Shown here: piece after piece, positions 15,255 to 23,182 of the stretch
Numbering within the stretch: position 1 is the first letter of the stretch
How the letters are laid out: each line of letters begins with the position of its first letter
Virus record (IMG/VR): IMGVR_UViG_3300045988_070666
Reading direction: 5' to 3' (one strand)
Source of the DNA: a virus
DNA length: 36,066 nt
Made by a program: the position numbers and the translations under genes
Notes under the pieces: generated by a model
Database searches by the model: none
The model's input: the letters and a program-made list of their open reading frames with translations, nothing else
Told to the model about the DNA's origin: nothing

Positions 15255-16217
15255 TCACTTCTTGAACTTCGCCAGTACCACCTTGGAGGTGTCAGACAGT
15301 GCTACCGCATAGAACCGGTCTGCACTGATGTCTGTCTTTCTGGACAGGGTTGCACGTTCGATCTCCACGTTGGTGTCACGCTTCAGGTAAATGGTCAGTG
15401 CGGCAGTGTCGTCCTCGGTTTCGTCGTCCTGATTCAGCTTGACGATGGGGCAGAAGTAGCACGCCGTAGTGGACTTTGTGACCTTGTCGCCGACCTTTGC
15501 AGCGGGCAGGGTTTTCCGGATCTCCGCGATGTTCCCCTCAGTCGCCGCCGTGCCGCTTTCGTCAAAGTAATACCACTCGCTGTGCAGCGGCACTTTCTTG
15601 GACGGCACCACGCGGCAGTTTGCCACCATGCCAATTTCACCGGTCAGCATCACGCCGTCCTTGTACTTGTCTGCACTGAGGAAATCGCTGTCCTTCCGCA
15701 GCTGTGTCACCTGCTTCGGGTGCACAAAGATGACCTTGTCCGTATTCACTTCCTCGTCCAGCACGTCAATGGCGTCTACAATGCCGGCGTACTTGATCGC
15801 CGCCGCACTGCTGTCATAGGTCAGCTGTGCCCCCTGCAACGCAGCCATGGCATCGGCATCGACCTTCGCCGCGATGGACTTTCCGATCTGGTTATTGGTT
15901 TCTGCCACCGGATTGCCGTAGCCGGACAGCACAGACTCATCGGTCAGCTCCACTGCCTTCATTGCCTTCTTGATCTTCACGGTGGTGGTGCTGGTCTGGA
16001 GCTTTACGGTGTCTGCCTTTACGCCCTCGGCAACGTCTACCGCATCGCCGATGTAGCTGTACTGCGGCACGGTGATCGTGTCACCCGGTACGCCCTGCAG
16101 GGTGGTGTCCACCTTTGCGAACGGAGTGACGACGATCTTATTGGTGATTTTGGCGGAGATCATATCCGCCATGACCTGCGGGTTTACAAGGTCCTTAATA
16201 GTTGTTGTTTCTGCCAT
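15255..16217 (-). CDS. Major capsid protein (HK97 fold)
   Basis: 320 aa following the scaffold gene. The N-terminal MAETTTIKDLVNPQV...TPFAKVDTTLQG pattern is typical of Firmicutes phage major capsid proteins. Confidence 0.88.
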   Translation of the reverse strand: MAETTTIKDLVNPQVMADMISAKITNKIVVTPFAKVDTTLQGVPGDTITVPQYSYIGDAVDVAEGVKADTVKLQTSTTTVKIKKAMKAVELTDESVLSGYGNPVAETNNQIGKSIAAKVDADAMAALQGAQLTYDSSAAAIKYAGIVDAIDVLDEEVNTDKVIFVHPKQVTQLRKDSDFLSADKYKDGVMLTGEIGMVANCRVVPSKKVPLHSEWYYFDESGTAATEGNIAEIRKTLPAAKVGDKVTKSTTACYFCPIVKLNQDDETEDDTAALTIYLKRDTNVEIERATLSRKTDISADRFYAVALSDTSKVVLAKFKK

Positions 16218-16219
16218 GG

Positions 16220-16783
16220 TTATTCTCCTTTTCTCCCGGTAAGGGTGTCGTATGTGTCTTTGTCGGTCTTGTACAAGTCCAGCCGCTGGGCGTAGGACAT
16301 CTTTGCAAACGCATCAGCAGTCACCGCAGAGCCGCCGCTGTTGTCCGGCAGCTTCTGTTCCAGTATCTGCTTTTTCTCTGCCGCCGCGAACTGCGTCGGA
16401 TACTGGGATTTCAGCGTTTCCAGCGTGGTGTCCCAGCCTGTCAGATCGCCTTTATCGTCCAGAGCCACGCCGTCCATGCCTTGCAGTTTGTACGCCAGAT
16501 AGTCGGTGTCCAGTGCTCCCGCTTTCAGCAGTGCCACCTGTACCGCAGCGTCCAGCTTCGCCTTGGCGAGTTCCGCTTCCAGCTGTGTGATGCGTGTGCT
16601 CTCCTGTGCCTGCTTGGCGGCGTTGTCTGCCTTGGTCTGCTTCTGGGCTTGCTTTAACGCGTCCTGTGCCTGTTGCAGCTGCACCTGCAACGCGTTGTAC
16701 TCTGCCGCTGTGTAAGTCTTTTCCGGCGGCGACGCGTCGGGTTCAGGCGGCTGTGCCGGATTCTTCTTCGGTTCGTCTGCCAT
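16220..16783 (-). CDS. Scaffolding protein
   Basis: Likely start is the ATG at 16783 (AAAGGAA RBS). 187 aa, Pro/Ala/Gln-rich N-terminus and coiled coil. Lies upstream of the capsid gene. The longer track ORF (to 16918) is Arg-rich and looks non-coding. Confidence 0.8.
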   Translation of the reverse strand: MADEPKKNPAQPPEPDASPPEKTYTAAEYNALQVQLQQAQDALKQAQKQTKADNAAKQAQESTRITQLEAELAKAKLDAAVQVALLKAGALDTDYLAYKLQGMDGVALDDKGDLTGWDTTLETLKSQYPTQFAAAEKKQILEQKLPDNSGGSAVTADAFAKMSYAQRLDLYKTDKDTYDTLTGRKGE

Positions 16784-16810
16784 GTGTATCATTCCTTTCT
16801 GAAAATTGGG

Positions 16811-16841
16811 TATAAAAATAGCACCTGATCGCTCAGATGCT
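16811..16841 (-). terminator. Intrinsic terminator-like hairpin (9-bp stem, GCGA loop, then AUUUUUAUA) between the accessory cassette and the scaffold gene
   Basis: Minus-sense agcaucuga-gcga-ucaggugcu followed by a U-rich tract. A second 7-bp hairpin (aagaacg...cgttctt) lies just upstream at about 16860-16892. Confidence 0.6.
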
Positions 16842-16932
16842 GATTTTTCGATAAAAGAACGCCGTACCCGCTGGCTGAATCGTTCTTGTTTTCCGTCCCT
16901 CCGCCAGTTTTCGCCCATGGTCGGGGCGGTGA

Positions 16933-17196
16933 TTACAGTTCGATGTCTTCGATCGCTGCACGTGCTTCCAGACTGGAGATATAATCCGCCATCGCTCTGA
17001 TCTGGAAATTATAGATACCTCTCGGACAGGTCGGCTGGAAGTTCAGTTTGCCTTCGTCCCATTTGTCCAGCATTGCTTTCAGCTTCTGATACCGGACAGC
17101 CACCTGTGCATATTCTGCCTTAAAACGTTCCTTGTAGTCGTCGCTGCACATCAGCGATACTGTGTCTTTCAACTCTGTTGCTCTGTATGTTCCCAT
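16933..17196 (-). CDS. Small helical phage protein, unknown function
   Basis: 87 aa. RBS present. Sequence SLMCSDDYKERFKAEYAQVAVRYQKLKAMLDKWDEGKLNF. Frequently a neighbour of DUF2829 genes (from memory, unverified). Confidence 0.6.
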   Translation of the reverse strand: MGTYRATELKDTVSLMCSDDYKERFKAEYAQVAVRYQKLKAMLDKWDEGKLNFQPTCPRGIYNFQIRAMADYISSLEARAAIEDIEL

Positions 17197-17215
17197 GTTT
17201 TTCTCCTTTCGTGGC

Positions 17216-17467
17216 CTATTCTACGATATGCCAATCTTCCGCCAGCATATCGGTCTGACTAGCCAGCCAGCCGATGCAATACCGGTTATCTGCGGTTTTC
17301 ATAACAACGCTGTCCGTAAACGGATAACTTCCGTCACCGATTTCCTGCGTCAGTAATTTTCCGTCAGCAAGGTACAAGTACATTCCTTTGCCGTTCCAGC
17401 CGGTTCTGGCGACTTTCTTTCCAGCTTTCAGTGCTTCCAATGCACCGCCGAATGTCATTTCTTTCAT
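17216..17467 (-). CDS. DUF2829-family protein (Tad2-like, candidate anti-Thoeris sponge)
   Basis: Start is the ATG at 17467 with AAAGGAG 5 nt upstream. The sequence MKEMTFGGALEALKAGKKVARTGWNGKGMYLYL...GWLASQTDMLAEDWHIV matches the hallmark DUF2829 pattern. Confidence 0.75.
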   Translation of the reverse strand: MKEMTFGGALEALKAGKKVARTGWNGKGMYLYLADGKLLTQEIGDGSYPFTDSVVMKTADNRYCIGWLASQTDMLAEDWHIVE

Positions 17468-17566
17468 AGATTCTCCTTTCGGGCATAGAAAAAAGCACCC
17501 CGTTTTGAGATGCTTTCTGTGGTATTTGGTTTTACTTCTCAAAATAGCAGGCATTTTGAGATAGCT

Positions 17567-17737
17567 TTAATCATTTTTGTGCTTTTCTGCAAATTCCTTT
17601 TTGAATTTTTCAAATTCCATATCGAAATCTTCCTGCGTATAGTTTGCATATTTTGCATCTCTTTTTGCAAAATCAGATAAATCTCCATCGCACTCTCTGC
17701 AAATAAATCCATCTGTATTTACGTTATTCCCATCCAT
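17567..17737 (-). CDS. AT-rich 56-aa ORF immediately after the MuF-JAB gene (MDGNNVNTDGFICRECDGDLSDFAKRDAKYANYTQEDFDMEFEKFKKEFAEKHKND)
   Basis: Hand translation (below the track size cut-off). AAGAGG RBS lies inside the MuF 3' end. The ATG is 1 nt after the MuF stop. A hairpin follows. Confidence 0.5.
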   Translation of the reverse strand: MDGNNVNTDGFICRECDGDLSDFAKRDAKYANYTQEDFDMEFEKFKKEFAEKHKND

Positions 17738-17738
17738 G

Positions 17739-19406
17739 CTATTTTACCTCTTTTACTGAAAAGCCATATAATCTTGATAAATCGATTAGAGCATTATACT
17801 GTGCTTCAAATTCAGTTTGACCAAGATCTTTGTACTTCGAGATTCTGGTGTTATAAATTGATTGATCAATCAGATATTCCGGCTTTGTGTACTCAAATAT
17901 TATACCGTCATGCCCGATTGTATAACCCTTTTGATACCCATTTTTCAATGCAGCGTTCAGATCGCCGGCACTCGGCGGCATACCTAACGGGTGGTTATGG
18001 AACGAAACGATTTCATCTTTTTCAGATTCTTGCAACGCTCTGCGGATTTCTTCCGTATAGTCCGGCGTTCCGGCTTGCGTTCCTGTTGTTGAAGAATACC
18101 ATTTCTTCGTTCTGGTATTGTAGAAGTACAGGTCTTCACCGTTTGTGCCAGAACGATGGCTCAGCATTTTCTTAGCAACCTGATAATACTGCCGTTGGAT
18201 TTTTTTATCTGAATCCATGGAATCAAACTTGCTCCTGAACTCTCTGCTTTTTACCAGATCTTTTGGAACAGCATAATCCGAAGAACTTTGCATTCGTTCC
18301 TGTTCTTTTATTATACCACTATCCGCCCCAGAAGTCAACGCCTTTCCGCCGATTTTCTCCGCCCGATACGTCTTTCCCGTACCGCCGTTGTCCTTTGTTG
18401 CAGGCGGCGTGACTTCCACAGCGTGCCCCGCAGGAACCGGAACTGTTCCGTCCGGCTTCCCTGCTGTTTCCTGCACGTATCCCGCACGATATGCCGCGTA
18501 TGATTCACTGGAAACCTTCACAAGGGCTCTGTGCTGGTTGTCATACTTGTAATCGCCGTCGGCTCTGACCGCCCATCTGGGGCGGCTGTAGGCGTGACAG
18601 CGGCAGTTGATGTCCTCGGACGCAATGCCAAACTTACCGGGTGCCTGTGCCTTTCTGCCGTCCACCTCAAAGGGCTCGTCCAGTTCGCGGACCTGCCCGT
18701 CCAGCTGGACATGGTGCGGGCGTGTCTTTTTGTCCATGGTGCTGTCCCACTGCTTCACCAGATCTGCCCCCTGCTGCTTCGCCGTTCTGGCGGCTTCCAG
18801 TCTGGCAGCGTTGGCGATGCGGTTTCCCTCGGTGCGGACGATCAGCTTTGCCCGTCCCAGTGCCCCGCCACGCATAGTGGCATAGTTGCCGATCATTTTA
18901 CCGGTGATCTGGTTCGCCATATCCCCGTAGCTTGCACCAGATGCAAAGCCGGCGGAAACGATGTCGGTGATATGCTTTTTCAGTCCGGCAAAATCCTCGC
19001 CGATGCTGTCATACAGCGGCTTTACAAGCTTCGTGTCGTTGACGGCAGCCTGACAGACCTTATCCTGCGGAATTGGCAGCGAGAGCCGCAGCCCGTCGCT
19101 TTGCAGTTCGTACAGCACCGCCGTGTGCCCTGTGAGATAGCAGTCCTGCAAGTACTCCTGCACGGTGCGGTACGTCTTGCTGTGCAGCTTTCCGAGAATG
19201 CGTTCCAGCTGCTTCTGCAAGCCCTGCTGAAACGCTTTCTGGTAGGCAACAGCCTGCCGATTTTCCTCATCCGTCCGTTCGTCCAGCTGCCGGAGCCTGT
19301 CCTTGACATCTTCCAGTGCTTTCTGATACGATCGTTCCAGCTGCTCCATGACTTTTTTCTCGGAAAGCAGCTCATACTGCGTGGTCTGCTTCTGTGCCGG
19401 TGTCAT
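17739..19406 (-). CDS. Minor head protein (SPP1 gp7 / Mu F family) fused to a C-terminal RadC-like JAB/MPN domain
   Basis: The MuF core is present (LIVRTEGNR...KQWDSTMDKKTRPHHVQLDGQ...INCRCH). The C-terminal ~180 aa carry GEDLYFYN ... IVSFHNHPLGMPPSAGD, resembling the JAMM/RadC E...HxH...S..D motif. Likely start is the ATG at 19406. Confidence 0.8.
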   Translation of the reverse strand: MTPAQKQTTQYELLSEKKVMEQLERSYQKALEDVKDRLRQLDERTDEENRQAVAYQKAFQQGLQKQLERILGKLHSKTYRTVQEYLQDCYLTGHTAVLYELQSDGLRLSLPIPQDKVCQAAVNDTKLVKPLYDSIGEDFAGLKKHITDIVSAGFASGASYGDMANQITGKMIGNYATMRGGALGRAKLIVRTEGNRIANAARLEAARTAKQQGADLVKQWDSTMDKKTRPHHVQLDGQVRELDEPFEVDGRKAQAPGKFGIASEDINCRCHAYSRPRWAVRADGDYKYDNQHRALVKVSSESYAAYRAGYVQETAGKPDGTVPVPAGHAVEVTPPATKDNGGTGKTYRAEKIGGKALTSGADSGIIKEQERMQSSSDYAVPKDLVKSREFRSKFDSMDSDKKIQRQYYQVAKKMLSHRSGTNGEDLYFYNTRTKKWYSSTTGTQAGTPDYTEEIRRALQESEKDEIVSFHNHPLGMPPSAGDLNAALKNGYQKGYTIGHDGIIFEYTKPEYLIDQSIYNTRISKYKDLGQTEFEAQYNALIDLSRLYGFSVKEVK

Positions 19407-20850
19407 CTGCCGCACCTTCTTCCAGCTGCTGCATCAGGCTGTCCAGCTGTGCACCGTCCGTCTGTTCCAGCGACTTCCGCACCTCTGCCTCGTCCAGTTC
19501 CAGCACCTTGCACAGCGGCTGCAGCACGGCTTCCACGCCCAGCTGTGCCGCCGCGGCAAGCAGGGTGTTTACCTTGATCTGCACGGCAGCAGCTTCCGCA
19601 CTGCCGATCGCCGCGTTGTCGGATTCGTTCGTGATACAGGTTCTTGTGAAGTCCATTTTCACGTCAGCACGGGTGAACGCCGTCCCCCTGTCCTTGTTGA
19701 TCTGCTGCAATACCACGTCGATGATGCCGCCCATCATCTGCCGCAGGTGTGTTTCCAGCTTGCCGCACTTGATGTCCAGCAGGGCGTACCGGGACTTGAT
19801 GACCACGTTGGTGATGTTGCCGTCGCCGACCTGTGCGGCGTTGAAGCCCATGCCGAACTGATAGATGTTCTCTTTGTCCAGTTCCAGCTTGACCTTGCGG
19901 GCTTCATAGGGCACTTCTACCGTTTTCATATCCACCCCGCCGCTTTCACCGGTGCCGATCACCTTCTTGGTCTTGATGTTCTGCATCAGTTCCGTCATGT
20001 CTGTGCCGCCGTATCCGGACACGACCACCAGATACTCCGCCGCGTCCTGCAGGTTGTTGGACAGCCCGCAGGACATCAGGTCATAGTCGTCGATCAGCGA
20101 CTTCACCGGCTGAAGCCCCGAAACGCGTTCACGGTTGTTGTCGATGCGGAACCACGGCAGAAATCCCAGCCCCTCGAAGTAGGTATCGTCGGAATTGCCC
20201 TTTTTGTAGAGCACATGCGGCCGTGGATTGGGAAGCCCGTTTTCCGGTTCGTCCAGCGTGATCGTGCCGCTGTCCGGCTGCGTATACGTCCACGTCTGCG
20301 TGTCGTCCATGACAAGCACCTTGTACACTGTGTGCCCGTACATGTCTGTCCGCTGCGGATACCGGTACAGCACATAGTCCCTGCCGTCAGAAGTGTATCT
20401 GCCGTCCGCTTCCACCACAGACAACGCATCGGCACACTGGAACGCCAGCCTGCCGTCTGCGTTCATATAGGCGTACAGCCAGCCCCAGCCGCAGACCACC
20501 GCATCTGTACAGGCATCTGCCAGCTCCGCCCGAAAGCGGTCGTTCTCGTTGAAGTAGCTGTCCAGTTCCTTTTGCAGCCGGTCATCTTCGGCGACCACGA
20601 TCCTGTCACGGTTGCTGAGCAGATACTGCACTTCCTGATCTGCCAGTTCCGTGAAAAACGGGTGTGAGATTTTGATGTTGCTTCTGGTTTTGTCCTCTTG
20701 CAGCTCTCCGTGAGCATCATAGTAAAACAGGCGGTAGTTCTGTATTGCATGGCGGGCGTGGTAGTACTGCCGCCCGATGCGTGCCTGTGCCTTTTGCGGA
20801 TCCCCGTATGCTGTGTTCAGCAGCGTTTGTATTTCTCCGATGTGAAGCAT
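19372..20850 (-). CDS. Portal protein (SPP1 gp6-like)
   Basis: About 492 aa, positioned between TerL and MuF. TAGGAGG RBS precedes the ATG at 20850. Confidence 0.88.
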   Translation of the reverse strand: MLHIGEIQTLLNTAYGDPQKAQARIGRQYYHARHAIQNYRLFYYDAHGELQEDKTRSNIKISHPFFTELADQEVQYLLSNRDRIVVAEDDRLQKELDSYFNENDRFRAELADACTDAVVCGWGWLYAYMNADGRLAFQCADALSVVEADGRYTSDGRDYVLYRYPQRTDMYGHTVYKVLVMDDTQTWTYTQPDSGTITLDEPENGLPNPRPHVLYKKGNSDDTYFEGLGFLPWFRIDNNRERVSGLQPVKSLIDDYDLMSCGLSNNLQDAAEYLVVVSGYGGTDMTELMQNIKTKKVIGTGESGGVDMKTVEVPYEARKVKLELDKENIYQFGMGFNAAQVGDGNITNVVIKSRYALLDIKCGKLETHLRQMMGGIIDVVLQQINKDRGTAFTRADVKMDFTRTCITNESDNAAIGSAEAAAVQIKVNTLLAAAAQLGVEAVLQPLCKVLELDEAEVRKSLEQTDGAQLDSLMQQLEEGAADDTGTEADHAV

Positions 20851-20861
20851 TCTTTCACCTC

Positions 20862-22259
20862 CTACACAAGCCACATGCCGAGCGGCTTGGGATTTTCATA
20901 CACTCCGGTCAACGCGTCCGGTGCGTCGTCGTGGGCATTCTTTCCGGTACGCTGATAGGACAGCACCGCACCGGCAAAATCCCGCCAGCGGTCTGCCCAG
21001 TTCACCGGAAACAGCACGTTCTGCATCACGCCGGTGCTGTTGGATAAAATCCGTGCAATCTTGTTCTTATGCTGGTGAAACCACGTAATTTTCGTGTGCC
21101 GGTTCCCCAGCTTCCGGCATTCCCGTTCCACGTTTCTGGCGAACCCTCTGCCGCCGTTGTTGGATTCGATGATCGCACAGCCAATGCGGTGCTCGGTCAG
21201 CATCTGTGCAGTCTGCGGCTCGGTGGTTTCCATGGGTGCACTGGTATAGAGCACGTCCAGCACGTAGTATGTGCCGTTATACACGCCGTAGCAGATGCTG
21301 CACAGGTAGTCGCTGCCCTCGTCTGCGGTATCGGTGTAGCACAGCAGATACCGGAGCAGGGATTCCCCGTTCTCATCCGTTGGCAGTGCGGTGTACGTCT
21401 GTAGCCGGGTATACAGTCTGCCCCTGATGTCCATGGGCTCCTGCTGATAGTTGGCGGCGGCGATCTCTTTTCCCATGGCACTCGTCTTTGCCAGATAAGA
21501 CCTTTTGGTCAGCACGGCATCACAGAGCATTGTGCCGTCGTCCTGCAACGCTTTCATACAGACGTGCCGCATCTTTGCACCGGACTTTCGGTAGTGCTCC
21601 AACGCCCGCCCTGCGAGGTCGTCTGTCGCCCAGCGTGTCATGATGATGAGCAGCTTTCCGTTTTCCTCCAGACGGGACTGCATCGTATCCGTAAACCAAG
21701 CCCAGTGCTTTTCTTTCACCAGTTCGTTGTTGGCTTCTTCGGCGTTTTTGATGAGATCGTCGATAATCATCAGCGATGCCCCGAAGCCGGTCGCCGTACC
21801 GGTGGGCGATGTGGCAAGGTAGTTGTTGTAGCCGCCCTCCAGGCTCCACAGGTTCATTGCCCCGTCGCCGTGCTTGATGCGGGTGTCGGGGAACACATCG
21901 GCGTACACCGGTATGTACAAGTCCGCCTTTTGCTCGGAGATCGCGTTTCGCACATTCTTGGAAAACATGGTGGAAAGCGTTTCGTTGTAAGAGCCTGTCA
22001 TGATTTTCTGAGAGGGATCACGGCCGAGCACCCACTCCACCAGCAGACCGGCCGTTCTGGACTTGCCGTGACGGGGCGGGAGATTCACGATCATCACCTC
22101 GTCATCAGATTCCACGAACGCCTGAAACTCCCTGCACAGCCGCACAAGATACTGCCGGTCAGGCTGATAAAAGTCAGGTGCCATCAGGCTGCAATAGGCA
22201 AAAAAGTCACGCCTTGCCAGTTCCGCCTTCGCACCGAGCACGATCAGCCGCTTATCCAC
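20862..22259 (-). CDS. terL: Terminase large subunit
   Basis: 465 aa. Walker A-like PPRHGKS. LMIIDD Walker B. C-terminal nuclease-like region. Overlaps TerS. Confidence 0.9.
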   Translation of the reverse strand: MDKRLIVLGAKAELARRDFFAYCSLMAPDFYQPDRQYLVRLCREFQAFVESDDEVMIVNLPPRHGKSRTAGLLVEWVLGRDPSQKIMTGSYNETLSTMFSKNVRNAISEQKADLYIPVYADVFPDTRIKHGDGAMNLWSLEGGYNNYLATSPTGTATGFGASLMIIDDLIKNAEEANNELVKEKHWAWFTDTMQSRLEENGKLLIIMTRWATDDLAGRALEHYRKSGAKMRHVCMKALQDDGTMLCDAVLTKRSYLAKTSAMGKEIAAANYQQEPMDIRGRLYTRLQTYTALPTDENGESLLRYLLCYTDTADEGSDYLCSICYGVYNGTYYVLDVLYTSAPMETTEPQTAQMLTEHRIGCAIIESNNGGRGFARNVERECRKLGNRHTKITWFHQHKNKIARILSNSTGVMQNVLFPVNWADRWRDFAGAVLSYQRTGKNAHDDAPDALTGVYENPKPLGMWLV

Positions 22260-22644
22260 TGCCGATCACTTTCCGCAGTTCTTCTGTGGTAAGTTCTGCA
22301 AACGGATTTTTTTGCACCGATGCCTCCACCTTTGTGGTGTACTCCCCCGTCATCTTGTTCAGCGTGTCCACAGCTCGGATACGGTCTGCGGCGGCGTTGT
22401 CCTCGTCCCTGGCAATGTCGGACAGCAGCTCCTGCCGGCCCCGTGCCGTCATGATGCGTGCGGTCTGGGCAGCCTCAGACAGCTGCTTGATGTAGGCGGC
22501 AATCTCCACATTTCTCAACAATTCATCGGTTCGATGTGCAGCATAGCTTTCGCTGTACCCGGCTTTCCTCGCCGCATCAGCACCGTTTCCGCACTGATAG
22601 TAGTATTCCGCGAATTTTCGTTGGCGTTCGTTCAATGCGGTCAC
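22252..22644 (-). CDS. terS: Terminase small subunit (Terminase_2-like)
   Basis: LNERQRKFAEYYYQCGNGADAARKAGYSESYA...LLRNVEIAAYI is the classic TerS N-terminal HTH pattern. GTG or TTG start. Confidence 0.85.
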   Translation of the reverse strand: MTALNERQRKFAEYYYQCGNGADAARKAGYSESYAAHRTDELLRNVEIAAYIKQLSEAAQTARIMTARGRQELLSDIARDEDNAAADRIRAVDTLNKMTGEYTTKVEASVQKNPFAELTTEELRKVIGSG

Positions 22645-22661
22645 GTCCTTTCTCTAGGCAT

Positions 22662-22696
22662 ACAAAAAACGCCGCAAGGAAATCCTCACGACGTTT
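22662..22696 (-). terminator. Strand-specific intrinsic terminator immediately upstream of terS
   Basis: Minus-sense aaaacgucgugagg-auuu-ccuugcggcguuuu, followed by more U. Three G-U pairs make it stable only on the minus strand. Confidence 0.65.
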
Positions 22697-22715
22697 TGCT
22701 TTTTTCGTCAGTATA

Positions 22716-22744
22716 AGTATAGCATGGAATGTGGATTACTGCAA
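22716..22744 (-). promoter_or_regulatory. Sigma-70-type promoter with extended -10, firing into the terminator at 22662-22696
   Basis: Minus strand: TTGCAG (22744-22739), 17-nt spacer, TGC-TATACT (22724-22716). A second TATACT follows in tandem (22715-22710). Confidence 0.5.
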
Positions 22745-23182
22745 GTGAGATTCGGTGAGATTGTGTGAGGTTTTTTCCAGCATGGCAAGCCCCTCATGAA
22801 AAATCTTTCTCGTCACACCATAGTCCCGATGCACCACCAAACGGGAGATTTGCTTCAGACTGTTTCCCGTCAGCAGATGCGATTTCAGTATGATCCGCAT
22901 TTCCGCTTCCTTTACACCGCCGCCGGAAATGGCACGGTTGATCTCTTGCAAAATCCCCAGTTTCAGCTGATCCCGTTCCTGTTCCAGCTGCCCGATCTCC
23001 TCGTCGATCTCTGCGGCACGCAGCAGCTTCTGTTCCGTGCGGTTTTCGGCAGAACCGTGTGCGGCTCCGATGCTGTCGAACTGCACCGACTTTACAGACG
23101 TGCAGATTTCTTTGTCGATCTGGAGATCTCTTATCAGCTTGGGAATATCACGATAGCGTGTGATCTTTTCTTCGATGGTCAT
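22736..23182 (-). CDS. Putative late-gene transcriptional regulator (sigma-70 region-4-like HTH; ArpU/RinA/DUF1492-like)
   Basis: 148 aa. Central coiled coil. The C-terminal segment RIILKSHLLTGNSLKQISRLVVHRDYGVTRKIFHEGLAMLEK resembles a region 4 HTH. Positioned just upstream of terS. Confidence 0.5.
   Translation of the reverse strand: MTIEEKITRYRDIPKLIRDLQIDKEICTSVKSVQFDSIGAAHGSAENRTEQKLLRAAEIDEEIGQLEQERDQLKLGILQEINRAISGGGVKEAEMRIILKSHLLTGNSLKQISRLVVHRDYGVTRKIFHEGLAMLEKTSHNLTESHLQ

Noticed and set aside
15123-16295. 390-aa plus-strand ORF opposite the major capsid gene. There are similar long antisense ORFs at 25259-27151 (630 aa), 19348-20667 (439 aa), 18531-19577, 7446-8309, 10560-11417 and 30328-31104.
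   Set aside because: The products are Arg/Cys/His/Leu-rich and low-complexity, with no RBS. Each lies fully antisense to a gene with clear family motifs. This is the typical shadow-ORF artefact of GC-rich coding DNA.
16784-17554. Long versions of track ORFs 16220-16918 and 17216-17554
   Set aside because: The upstream extensions translate hairpin/terminator DNA and lack an RBS. Internal ATGs at 16783 and 17467 have proper Shine-Dalgarno sequences and match the family N-termini.
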